Below are positions 14,012-26,500 of a stretch of DNA of 64,000 nt, one piece after another. This stretch comes from Bugula neritina. Taxonomy: Eukaryota; Animalia; Bryozoa. Position 1 is the stretch's first letter. Each line of letters begins with the position of its first letter. Under the pieces are notes generated by a model that searched no databases, was not told the origin of the DNA, and saw nothing but the letters and a program-made list of their open reading frames with translations. Made by a program: the position numbers and the translations under genes. Location of the stretch: assembly GCA_964035545.1 (NCBI GenBank), contig OZ037766.1, positions 4,578,722 to 4,642,721 of the forward strand, in the 5' to 3' direction.

Positions 14012-17000
14012 CTAGGCGTATTGCCCAGAATATAAGTATATAAACACAGCGTAAATAATAGTAACTAGAGAGGTCTTGAAAAACTCAGCATGAAACACGA
14101 GGCACAAGACTAGATAGAGCCCCGTTGCGGAGCACAAGGTCATTGTGTCTAAAGTCCGGTACTTCCTCTTTTGGCCAGCAGGTAATTTACTCGACTCATT
14201 CATCATAGCATCAATATCTATCTTAGGCTTCCCACTGTCTTTACCTGACTTAGACTTTGGTTTAGGTGATTTTTTGGACTTAGTTTTGCGGTTTTTACCT
14301 TTTTCAGAATTTGAATTTTCAATATTTTCTTTATGTTTTTCATTTTCTGAGTCTGTAGAAGTCTTCTCAGCTGCAACATAGTTAAAAAGACAAGTTATTG
14401 TGTTGGATGAAATAAGACAAGTTACTAAATAAATGCATCTATATATTACATGCATCAACTTAATCAAATTGAACTCAAATTTACTGAGTCAACTTGACAA
14501 CCCTCTGGTTAAACAATGACCTTGACATCTGACCTACAGTACATCAACCTGATCTCTAACCTGTCTCAACGATGTTTATACATTGCCCGTCTTCTATTCT
14601 CTGATTTTCTTCTTTACACTTACAATCAAAAGACCCTTCCGTATTTACACAAATAGCACCGGGTACTCTGTCACACAGCTCAGGCTTCAACGAGCACTCA
14701 TCAATATCTGCACAAACAACTGAACATAACTGACACAATTCATCGCTATGTTGGCAACAGTAGACTAGATATCAAACAGAAATAAATAATATAATAAGAC
14801 AATAAAAATATAATGATTAAACAACCTAGCAGACCATGTTTTGATGTATATGTCACAGCCATACATACATGTGTGCATCACTTGGTCACAGGTTATAAAT
14901 TAGATACTTAGCCAACAGTATGTGGTCACAGAATATCAAGTGTAAATATTCACCCATCAGGAGTTACAGAGATGACATAGTGTAGAGAGAGTAATAGAAA
15001 AGTAAAGCAGTGAAGAACCGAGATACGTAACTTAGCCTGCAGACGCTAGTACAAGTATAGGTGCGTATAAGACACACCCCCGTCTAACCTTGACACGACG
15101 AGGTTGTCTCATTAGAATCTGTTTTCTCATAACCTGGAACACAGTCTTTGCAGTCGGTTGATTTAGAGCCGGTACAAGATGAGCACAAGGGACTGCATGC
15201 TAGTGGGAAATAAAATCATCAACTAAGTTTCAAAGTCAAGCAATGTTAAATAGAAAGACATGGATTTGAGTGGAAATTATCTGGCTGTACAATGACTATT
15301 CCTAGAACATTTTTTTATTTTGAGGATGAAACTTTTGTAGTTGAAATATATTTTTATTTAAAAACAACAAGTAATGGATCGGTTTATTTTTGACCCGAGA
15401 AACTTAAGAAATAACATAATTTATAAATTAATAAAAAATAAAGTTGAAAATGCCTTCAATCTTACATAAAGTAGTTTAGCAAATTAGTCAAATATACTTC
15501 GTTTGAAATTACTATTAAAAGCAAATGATCTAATTATTATTTTCTATTTTTGAAAGAACCACTAGATTGTTTTAGATAGACTTTATTATAAACTTATATT
15601 GTTCTCCTTCAGAACACTATTTTTTGCATTGGCAAAAATAGTTAAAGAGTGTTCAGTGAGTCAAAGCATGTATTAAAAATGCAGTATCAAAAATTAAATT
15701 ACTGATCAAAATAAAAATTGCTTTCAAAAATACAGAATATTTTCTAGTATTTTATGCAATTGGCAAATATTTTTCTATTATTTCAACATTATTTTTTGTG
15801 TAACCAATTAGGCCACATTATGAAAAAGAAGACAACTTCCCAGCTACTTTAAAGTTAATAATTTTTATTTATAATAGTCTATGATTACGATAAAATATCA
15901 ATTAATATATTGGGAAAATCTAGACTACAAGAGGAGCTAGTGCTACGCCGCAAACTGACCTTCACAGGTGTATGAGCCCGCACTGTTCACACAGTAAGTT
16001 GCACTGTTAGACTCACAAGGATTGTCTTCTCCATCACACTCATCAACGTCTGTAATATTTCAACAGGGCTAGAGGTGAGAGTTTATAACAGCAAACGAGT
16101 GGAATGTTTCCAAAAGAGTTAGTATGCAACTATTAAGTTTAAAAGAGCTACAAAATACATGTAAATCACAGTTCATCAACATGTAAAATAGATGGACTTC
16201 GCACATTTAGAGTTCTATCTACACTCCACCCACATAATGCTCTAAGACAATAAAATACAAAATGTTCAGACCAACAGCAAGCTAGAAGATGGGAAATTAT
16301 TTCAGTCAACCTTGACAGCCAGAGTTGTCCTCCCATACATAGCCTTCTGCACAGTCATCACAAGCCTTAGGACCCGCACCACTGCATGTATCTTCACATG
16401 AAACATCACACTCTGTAAATAGGATTTATTTATTATAATGGAGTCAGTGTCAATTTTCTTCCTTATTTTGTAATTAGCATGCTACCAAGCACCAAAGTGT
16501 ATAACACAGTAAATGCTATGGCACCTATAATATTCAATAGTTGAACTCAAGCAACACTTAGACGATAACCAATTATCGTCTGAAGTTTTATCCATAAAAC
16601 AGATATTTCTTGTTCATTTTTGATCAGATTAAAACCAATTCTTCAAAAGCCATTCACCAAAAAGATGCACTTTCCTTAGTGATAAATTCCCTAATATGAA
16701 TAAAAAAAAATCACGCAAGTTTAATAGTCATCATCTCTGTGAAAAAAACCCCTGATGGAAAGATTTTTTGTTTAATCGGGCTAAGGACTTATTCAGATGA
16801 GGCACAGGAGCAATTATGACTGGATGCTCTCCCTAACATCACCAATGGCCTTTGTCATAGCTTGAACCCATGATGCCGTGTTTACTAGGCAAACGCTCTA
16901 ACCCCTAGGCCACAACTGCTCCCTAATATAATTAAACAATAAAAAAATAAAGTAAGGAAAGACAACTACAACTAGAAAATAATGTGCTAGTTTCTACATA

Positions 17001-18584
17001 CTGAGGCAGACTTTGATAGAACCAGTCAACTGTTCATAATATTCTTCAGCACAATCTTCACACAGTTCCCCGGAATAGCCTGAGTCACATTCACACTTTC
17101 CACTTCCTGAGCGAGTGCCGTCCCCCTACAACGTACACCACCCAAAACTTATAGTCATATCAAAAGACACATATATTACAAGTATAGAAAAACATAATGA
17201 TTAAAATATTTTATCAACAGCCTTAATTACTACTCACTAATCAAAAATCAACATGTCTAAGTTTGGTTAAAGTAGTCTTAAACTGTAATAGAAAGGTTGA
17301 AACTGAACTCACTGAACATTTTCCATGTGAAGAGCAAATTCCTCCCCCAGATGTAGGGCAGTCTGTGCAATCCTTCCCGTACTGACCTTGTGGACAGCAG
17401 GCTACGAAGAAACACACACATATGTCATTACATTAATACAAACAATCCTCAAAACACTCCGGGTTTATTGTTCTTTCTGCTTACCTTTAGAGGTTTGTAT
17501 ACAGAGGTGTTCCTTCAGACTATCTGCTGAATCTTCATTCTTATAGACATTAAAATACCAGTCCTCTATTGACTCTTCATGGTTCTCGTAAAACATGTGA
17601 CACTAAAAGTTAGTCACACACATTTTTTATACACCATGCTGCTACATCTAAACACCTTCTTAGCAATAAGGTATCATCAGCTGTTTATCATCATTTCAAG
17701 TGTTGCAAATAGAGAAGCTACACTCAGGTGCTCTTTGTGTGAATACAAATAAACATTAATTAGTAACATATTACAACGTACTACAATACAAACCTTTTTC
17801 TCATTATCAGTGCATATATGGTGCTCCACTATTTCTACTAGTCGGGTTTCACTACAAATATGAATTAAAATAAGCTGTAGTGAATTAATGCTTTTACCAT
17901 GACCTTTTACCTTGACTTACTCATGTCAAAGTGCATCTGAAATTTCCCATAAATGATAAAAACTTAACAATATCTTACTTATAATATTTATAATTTTCAT
18001 CAGTTGTATAAAACAGTTATAAAGTGACTTCTTGTCATAGTTAGCCAATTATATTTATGCACCACAAAAGCTGAGAGAGAACCACTACACCAACAGCGAA
18101 CATGATTTACCTTGTTTTCCATTTTCCTAAACTGTTTTCTTCCCAGTTGGTATTTCCTCCTCCAAAATTTGATTTCAAAGTTTTTTGTAGGCCCTAACAG
18201 TTTACATTGAAAGATAAAATTTAAAAATTGGAAAACTGAATGTATTAGCTTATTTAACAACAGCACATCAATTTTGCTAAACTCAATTATTTGAAAACCG
18301 ACTATTATCTAGAGTTATACATCGCCTAGAGTAAAATAGCTGCAATATCGTCACAAAAAGATAATGTAAAAATAATGGTATTTTATACTGTACACTAATG
18401 TTAGAAATGGTTATATATAGGAAAAATTAGGCTAAATTGTGAAACAGAATAAACAACAAACCTTATTGAAATCACCCACTATGTCTTGACATATTTCACA
18501 TTGTGATTTGGCCAAAGAAAGTGCAAAGAAAGAGCTAATAACTATTGAGATCTTGGAAAGTGCATGAAGCGACAGAGTATGCAT
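14012..18584 (-). CDS. CRELD: CRELD (cysteine-rich with EGF-like domains), membrane isoform
   Basis: Exons 18584-18462, 18193-18111, 17851-17794, 17602-17485, 17401-17313, 17125-17002, 16412-16311, 16049-15960, 15199-15089, 14707-14561, 14370-14012 (TAG). Signal peptide, CXXC (CEIC), WE-domain hallmark NFGGGNTNWEENSLGKWKTSETRLVEI, CCP..YGKDC, GDGTRSGSGKCEC, furin-like and cbEGF repeats (DVDEC, DIDEC), Lys-rich linker and two C-terminal hydrophobic segments. Confidence 0.93.
16765..16923 (-). mobile_element. tRNA-derived SINE in a CRELD intron
   Basis: The minus strand begins GGGAGCAGTTGTGGCCTAGGGGTTAGAGCG (A-box-like) and has GGGTTCAAG (B-box-like) at tRNA spacing. It then has a non-tRNA body (GGTGATGTTAGGGAGAGCATCCAGTC) and an A-rich end. 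No intact acceptor stem. Confidence 0.65.
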
Positions 18585-19990
18585 GTCTAAAAATAACATT
18601 ACAAATATAAAGACTACAGTAACTATAGAAAACAAAGCATAGTATACTATTATGAAAATCATATCAATTTCAAGATAAAATGGGTATAAAGCATGCATAC
18701 TACCCTCAACAAAGTTAAAAACAACACCTTCAAGTAAATGAGAACAGTAAGTCGGCAAAATTAACTTCTGAAATTTATTTTTTGAGAATAGTGCCCATTT
18801 ATAAGACTGTTATAAATTAGCATCATTTGTAATAACACGTAATATAAAAATGCAAAAACTGTATTCCACATTACAAAGCCTACCCCTATGAAAATTTGAA
18901 ACTTGCAGCCTTCTGATCTCACATGCTGTTGAAAAATTCTTCAAGACATTTTATGATCATCAGAAAGTCTAGCGATTCACTCTACACACACACGCATGCA
19001 CGCACAACCACATATGATTATTATATTCACTTTCAGTTTCACTCAATCACAATGATATTTAATTTAATATTTACTTTGAGACTGAGTATCTCTCTAGTTT
19101 AAGAATCACTTAAGCCATAGTGATACTTAAACCAGAGTATCACTATAGTTAAAGTTAAACCATAGTGATACTCTGATAGTCATACTGCTACTCATAGTCA
19201 ACACTCGATGTTTAGTATTATGATTATGCCATAAGCATACTACTAGTACCACTAGTAATAATAGTAATAGCAAGAGTCGTACTAACTACAAACTCTAAGT
19301 CTAGTGCCATACTCATACTATTACTCATAGTGCGTCACTATGAGTATGAGTATGACTCTGAGACATGAGTATCAGTATGGTAGTATTGCTATTACTATTA
19401 GTATTAGTATTGTAATCATAGTGATAATCATATTTATAGTTATAGCTATAGTAATAGTCACTATGACTAGGGTAAGACTAAGAGTAAGTGAAAGTGAAAG
19501 TCAATAGCCAAAGTCATACTGATACTTAATCTCATACTGATACTGATGATACTGATCGTCATAGTGCTACGATACTGATAGTCATTGTCATAGTCATGCT
19601 CATACTGTTATACTCATATACATAGTGGATGCTGATAGTCATACTGATACTCGTACTCATAGTCATATTGATACTCATACTAAGTCTAATCTGTAATCAT
19701 ACTCATAGTCATACCGGTACCCATGGGCCATGGCCATAGTCGTAAGTCATACTGATACTGATTCACTCTGATGCTCACTTTCACTTTGCTGTTTGTAATA
19801 AAAAATATCACAAGAAGTTAATTGAAAAATATTGCACTTGGTGATAAAATCTGTGAGTTTATTTTGTCACATCAATAAACCATAAACTTTCTAATGAAGT
19901 TTTTGTCATAAATCAAAATAGTTTAGAGTTCAGACGATTGATTACTGCAATTTCAGGTCTCGGACTTTCTTCATTTGTTTACGTTTTTAT

Positions 19991-20009
19991 CCAATTAAGT
20001 TTTTACACG
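19991..20009 (-). promoter_or_regulatory. ERSE-like ER-stress element upstream of CRELD (CCAAT-N9-ACACG)
   Basis: CCAAT TAAGTTTTT ACACG has the exact 9-nt spacing and one mismatch to CCAAT-N9-CCACG. It lies between the CECR2 3' end and the putative first CRELD exon (possible donor at 19778). Confidence 0.5.
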
Positions 20010-20559
20010 TATTTGCTGCGGCATACAGCCTTGACCGTAATCTGCAAGCACTTGGTCTATGCCACTGAGCATTATTGAGTTCATCGGTCTATGCGCTGTA
20101 TGGAATCATAGTTGATGTTGGCTAACGAATACAGGAGGGAGTAAGTCCGAATCTAGCTATTTTTGCCATAAAATAAACTTGCCAATTAAATTATATATTT
20201 AATAGCTCCACACTAGGGCATTTTGTAGGTATAAGTTGCCAATGTAAATGTTTGCTGAGTATAAGAAATAACCATTTAAGGGACGACTAAGCTACTGGAA
20301 CACTGACAACTCCAATCATAAGAATGATCAAATTTTATTCATTTCATGCACTTGAGCTGAAAGCTCAAAAAACATCATCAATACTAAAACTTGTAATATT
20401 TACAAATGGTAACAAATAATACATATTATCTACAAATTTCTTCTTACAAGCATTTCTCATATTTAAATTAGTGGTGCTCAAGTTAGAGGTTTATATACAA
20501 CTTCATTGGTATAAAAATGAAATCACAAAAAAAATCATTTTCCTAAATGACGAATGAAA

Positions 20560-23500
20560 CTATGCGACTCTCTTATATGGAGGAGCAGAAGTGACATTTT
20601 CTACTGAGCTACGTTTCAGTTGAGCAACTAGTCCTTCAAAGGGTTGCTGAGGTCTAGTGATTTCTTGCACTTTAACAATGTTGTTGTCCCCGCCATTGGA
20701 CTGTTGCAGCGGGGGTGAAGTGAATCCATTAGAACCTGAGCTAGAATTAGACTTGCTAAGCCAGCGTGCGATATCAGCGCTTCTGTCACCACGGTTACCA
20801 GAGCTAGAATCAGGTGACTGCACAGAATTCAGATGTTTAGTGAGAGAAGACGTGTCACCAGTCTTTTCACACGCATGAGTAGGTTTAACATCGAGAGTAG
20901 ACATGCTAGAAATCCCGTTACTAGTATTTTGGACATTAGTTAGAGAGTTGCTTCTAGCTATACCAAATACTCGTCCGGATGGATTGGTGCTAGGCAATGG
21001 CATATCAGTTAATATCTGTTGGGATTGGGACATTGCCAATAGTCTAGACGACTGAGAGGGAGAGTTATGGGACATAACATAGTTGTATTGATTAGCCCCG
21101 CCACCATCTGATTCCTCGGACCCACTGCTATCTTCAGAAGAGGAAGAAGCAGTTTCAGCAACGACTCGCTTTTTATTCTGTGGCTACAACAAAACAAGGT
21201 AATGTTGGAAATATAAGTTGCGTAAAGTTCAAACTTGTTCAACACTTTCAACTATAGGATTCCAATTTATTGTATTGTTATTTTCTTTAGAGTTTTCTTC
21301 AAATTATTAGTAATACGAGATAACAGAAGGAAGTAAATCTGAACTTATAACAGTTGCCTCTTGAAAACCAGTCTTAAAATACCAAAATATTAAAATCCAG
21401 TCTAAATATAGCAAAATTGTTGAAACTAAATTCTGTAATGTACCTTTTGCATACTGGTTTTAGACATTGCGTTGGCTCGTCGTTTTGTACCAGTTTTCTG
21501 ATTATTATTCTTCTGCTTTGGCTTAGTATAGGAGGAGTCACTGTCAGATCCACTCTCCTCGGTCTGGCTGGCCGTAGACTCAGCAGAACTCTCTCCCTTC
21601 TCCATCCTACCAGCTCTCACCTGCGCCTGCCTCTGAACTCGCTGGGCTTGTGCGGGAAATGACTTCTCAATTAAACTCTCAAACTTTTCTTTCAAGTTCA
21701 AGGCCATTCTACCATACTCTACAGAAAACAACAATACAACAAGTTAGAACATTTGCAAGTGTTGAATACAAGAAATGACAACTCCCACATTACATGTAAT
21801 GCAAAACCCACCACTATCCGCTCCGTTATACTTTGTACAGTTGGTTACTATAAGGTTGAAGTCGTCCACAAACTGCTGCTTAGTGCGATATTCCTTCCTG
21901 GTAGACTTCCTGCGCAGCACAGAGATGTCCATTGGAGTATCAATGATGTCAAAATAATCCGGGGCCATTTCCTTTGTCACTGGTTCTAAGAAGGGCCAGC
22001 AGTTGCTGTTCCTCTGTAGTTGATATAAAACTGCAAGAGAAATGAGATTCCGTACAATGATTGGACAGAGCTTTTTTACAGTCAGTAATAACTAACATGG
22101 CGGAGTTTAGAACAGATGCGACACACAAGTTTTCACCCGACCATTATGAAGAGATGCCAGTTGCCCTGCCAGTAATTGCCTAAGAGAATATCTTCAAACA
22201 AACGCATATATTCTTACGTTTGTGTAATTTTTCGTATTCTTTAGGACCGAGTTGATCAGAGTTATACTCCATTTTATTTTGAGGTCTCCTGCCCCTTCTT
22301 TGACGGGATGTAATCTGAGTACCACCGGCAGTCTTGTTATACTCTTCCCAGTCTGTTTCCTAAACATATGACAGTCTATTTAGCATTTACTAATGATGTT
22401 GAACAAAGAAATACCAACAGCCTGTTTTTTATTCAGCAAAATAGTTTTTCAAGTGAACTATTGAAAATTTTGAAATGTGAAAATAAAGTATTTAAGCATT
22501 AGTGACTGCATTAATTCCACACAAGCCATAAATCTAGAAATAAAGTGATTTTCCTGGCTTCTTATTATTTCCATCAGATTTATTAGTAATAATAAGAAAA
22601 TGCTCATATAAGTTGCATAATGTTGAAAAATGCTACTGTTAATTCAACTGTCCCAATGACAACAAGCTAGAGATTAGGTCTGCACATGCATAATGTATTT
22701 ACTAAGTCATAGTTGACTAGCATACCAAGTTATAGTTGACTAGCATACTAAGTTATAGTTGACTAGCATACTAAGTCATAGTTGACTAGCATACTAAGTC
22801 ATAGTTGACTAGTATACTAAGTTATAGTTGACTAGCATACTAAGTTATAGTTGACTAGCATACTAAGTCATAGTTGACTAGCATACTAAGTCATAGTTGA
22901 CTAGCATACTAAGTTATAGTTGACTAGCATACTAAGTCATAGTTGACTAGCATACTAAGTCATAGTTGACTAGCATACTAAGTTATAGTTGACTAGCATA
23001 CTAAGTCATAGTTGACTAGCATACTAAGTCATAGTTGACTAGCATACTAAGTTATAGTTGACTAGCATACTAAGTCATAGTTGACTAGCATACTAAGTCA
23101 TAGTTGACTAGCATACTAAGTTATAGTTGACTAGCATACTAAGTTATAGTTGACTAGCATACTAAGTCATAGTTGACTAGCATACTAAGTTATAGTTGAC
23201 TAGCATACTAAGTTATAGTTGACTAGCATACTAAGTTATAGTTGACTAGCATACTAAGTCATAGTTGACTAGCATACTAAGTCATAGTTGACTAGCATAC
23301 TAAGCCATAGTTGACTAGCATACTAAGTTATAGTTGAGTAGCATACTAAGTTATAGTTGACTAGCATACTAAGTCATACTCGTGTCTCTCACCTCCGACT
23401 CTTCATCAGACATGCTATTATCGTCAGCAGAGTTGAACGTCTCAAAGGCAGCGTTGTGCTCCCTCATCATCGCTCTCATAGCTCTGGCTACAAACAAACA

Positions 23501-26500
23501 GGTAAACACCTCTATCATCTTGCTATACTATGCACGCATTACTTCACAATAAGTAGTATTGTAGTAGTACTAGTAGCACTATGTCATAGTACTTGGACAT
23601 CATACATACTTCGGCATAGTCCAAAAGATATACAACACACTACATCTGTATAAAATACCAGCTCTAGCAGTCTTATATTTAGACATTTAACTCATGATCA
23701 CACAGAGTACATATTCATACACTCTACACATGTGCACCACATGTGTTGCTATTATACTGTTGGATAAAACACCTTGTCTAGCCTGCTCCTTTGACGCCTT
23801 CTCTTCCTCCCGGGCCCTGTTCCGTTCGTCTCTCTCGCGAGCCAGGTCCATCTTGCGCCGCTGTTCAATCATTTTCTTTTTCTCCAGCTCTGCCTGCCGT
23901 TTCTCTTCCTCTTCCTCCTCCTCTAGCTGAGCCATCAGCGCTTTCTATACAAACAAAAGGAGTATTTCAGCAGACAAACCATGGCAAGCACCAACAGGAA
24001 GTTAAGGAGCAGCTGTAATACCAAACTAGTAATTCACCATCATTGCATTAACACCACCACTCAGCGTTTTTTAAAGAAATATAAATATTCATCACACATC
24101 AACACCAAATAATAACTATGTTAGGTTTATCAAACTGATTATCAGAAAATACAGCAAAACAGTTTGCAGAGACGGTAAGTGTTCGTTTAGTAGATAAAAC
24201 ATATTCTTGTTCAATAGCTGCTTTTAACTGCTAAAAATATTTTACTTCTACCAAATGCTAAATTTAAATTAGAGCTTGAAAAATATACAGCTCATCAATA
24301 AATAACCTGTTGTGTTTTCTTGAAGGTAGAAAACAACCAAAATAAGACCTGCGCATTCATCACTGTACAACACAGCTTTACATACCTGTTCATCTACTAC
24401 AGCTCGCTTTTTAGCCAGTCTATTAGATTCACGTTTCGGTAGCATTTCTAGCAACCTTTTCTTAATTGCTTTTTCCTATTTAAAGAAAAAAAACAAGTTA
24501 TTTTTTCACTTTGTACAGTCTTAGAAAGGAAATTGGAGAAAATCTTGTCATGTAAGTTTGCTATTATATCCTACCATATTTCACAGTATGTTGAGAATAT
24601 TGGACAATAGATATTATTCATGTATTCATAACAGTTGAATATTGCAACAAATATATTGCAATGCAATATATTACAATGTAAATGCAATAACTATATTGTA
24701 AGGTGACTGCAAAAACTCTATAGCAATGCAGGATGCACTAAATATATTTCCAAAGAGGCGATAGCAAAATCTTCACTTTTACAATTTTACTCACTTTTTC
24801 AACGATTATTTCTGGTATTAGAGGTAGGAAGTCGTTGACTATTATTTTCCTGAGTTTTTTATCTTGCTTGTGATGAGATTTCTTTAAAGTTTTTACAAAG
24901 TTCTGCCATTCTTCCTCGGTAGAACAGAGAAGACTCCATTTTCCTTGTATCATCTGACTCTCTTCTGCTCCATCATCACTGTCCCTGCAGCACAGCCAGC
25001 AGACATACAATCAGCAGACGTACAATTAGCAGACGTACAATCAGCAGACGTACACACACTCAGCAGACGTACACACACTCAGCAGACGTACTGCCAGCAG
25101 ACGTACTGCCAGCAGAAGTACACACACTCAGCAGACGTACACACAGCCAGCAGACGTACACACAGCCAGCAGACGTAAACAGTAGTATTGCAGCCGCACC
25201 AGATGCTAGAATCTAACACACGTGGCCAGCCCATAGCTACTACTCGTCTGCATACAGATGTTATACAAGCATGCTAACTTCTCAGAAGTGAATAATAGAA
25301 AGCATGCAAAAAATTGTGTTACACTTTGGACAACAAATGATAATGTAGGTCTAATTTTGAACTACTAATATATAAAATACTAAATCAAATTCTGCAGTAA
25401 CAGCAAATAACAGTATTTGAAGTAATACTAGGTTTTTTGCCATTGACTGAATGTAATACATATAATAACCGATGGGACTGCAGCTTTTTCGATAAGCATT
25501 TAAAATTAAAAATGTTAGGTGTTGCCACAGACAGATTTTCGAAAAAAGGTAATGTTAATATTAACTTTAAACTAGCAAAATTCGCTTTTATAGAGCAAAA
25601 TTTCAAAACTCGAAACATACAGTACAAAACCAAATTTGCCAATATATGTCCTGTTGAAAAAAATGCAGTTTAAAGATATTACGCTCTATAAATACCATGC
25701 TATATTGATAATATTATGTTCTATTAATAAAATACTAAGCTAACTTACCGATTCTTGCCTTTCTTTTTCTTGTGTTTCTCTTTGTGCTTTTTCTTCTTTC
25801 TAAAATATACAACAGGTTACAAGAATGTTGAACAACATTTTTTGCCAATGATGCCATATATTATTGACCTTGCTTTCACCTATTACACATTAAGCCATAA
25901 CAAGAATATAGAAACAATGCCAACCTAACACTATACTGCATAAAAAACGAATCACAAGGTGTGTTCAACTACTCATAATATCTTACTTGTTTTTTTCTGG
26001 CGGCTCCACAGGCTTGGTTTCTTTATACAGTCTTTCATCATTGAAGTTCCAGTAAGTTGCCCCTTCATCATCTTTGCCCACCGGTTCTACTCTCATCTCT
26101 TCACTTGATAGTTGCTGAAATACCAAAATAAACTTTCCATCATTTGTTATTTCTATATTTCAGTGGTTACAGATATTGTGTTAAAACTGACAATAGGTTG
26201 TCAAATATCTCTGTAAAGTATAAGTTGATATATATTACAACAGATCCATATTAGATAGGCTAGCAATGTGCTGGCAAACAATGCCCTGTATTTACAACAC
26301 AATATAAAAGGCAGACAACTCCAGACCTTCACACTCTCCGCTACATCCTCTGCATCTAGTCTGTACATGCACAATGAATATATGATTTCCACTTTTGTAC
26401 CGAGAGAGACATTTCTGAATTCTGCGTTGGTCAGAGGGTTCTCTTTATCTCGCTCTACTGTCCACTTCTGGTGTAAACAGTCGCGCAAAGATGACTCGTA

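Noticed and set aside
16850-16923. Functional tRNA gene
   Set aside because: The B box is degenerate and no acceptor stem forms; a SINE head fits better.
20020-20170. snRNA, spliced-leader RNA or SECIS element (ATTTTTG Sm-like site at about 20159)
   Set aside because: No match to remembered U snRNA sequences, wrong SECIS spacing, and such T-runs are common here.
22700-23379. CRISPR-like array
   Set aside because: Units are contiguous with no unique spacers, lie in a eukaryotic intron, and no cas genes are present.
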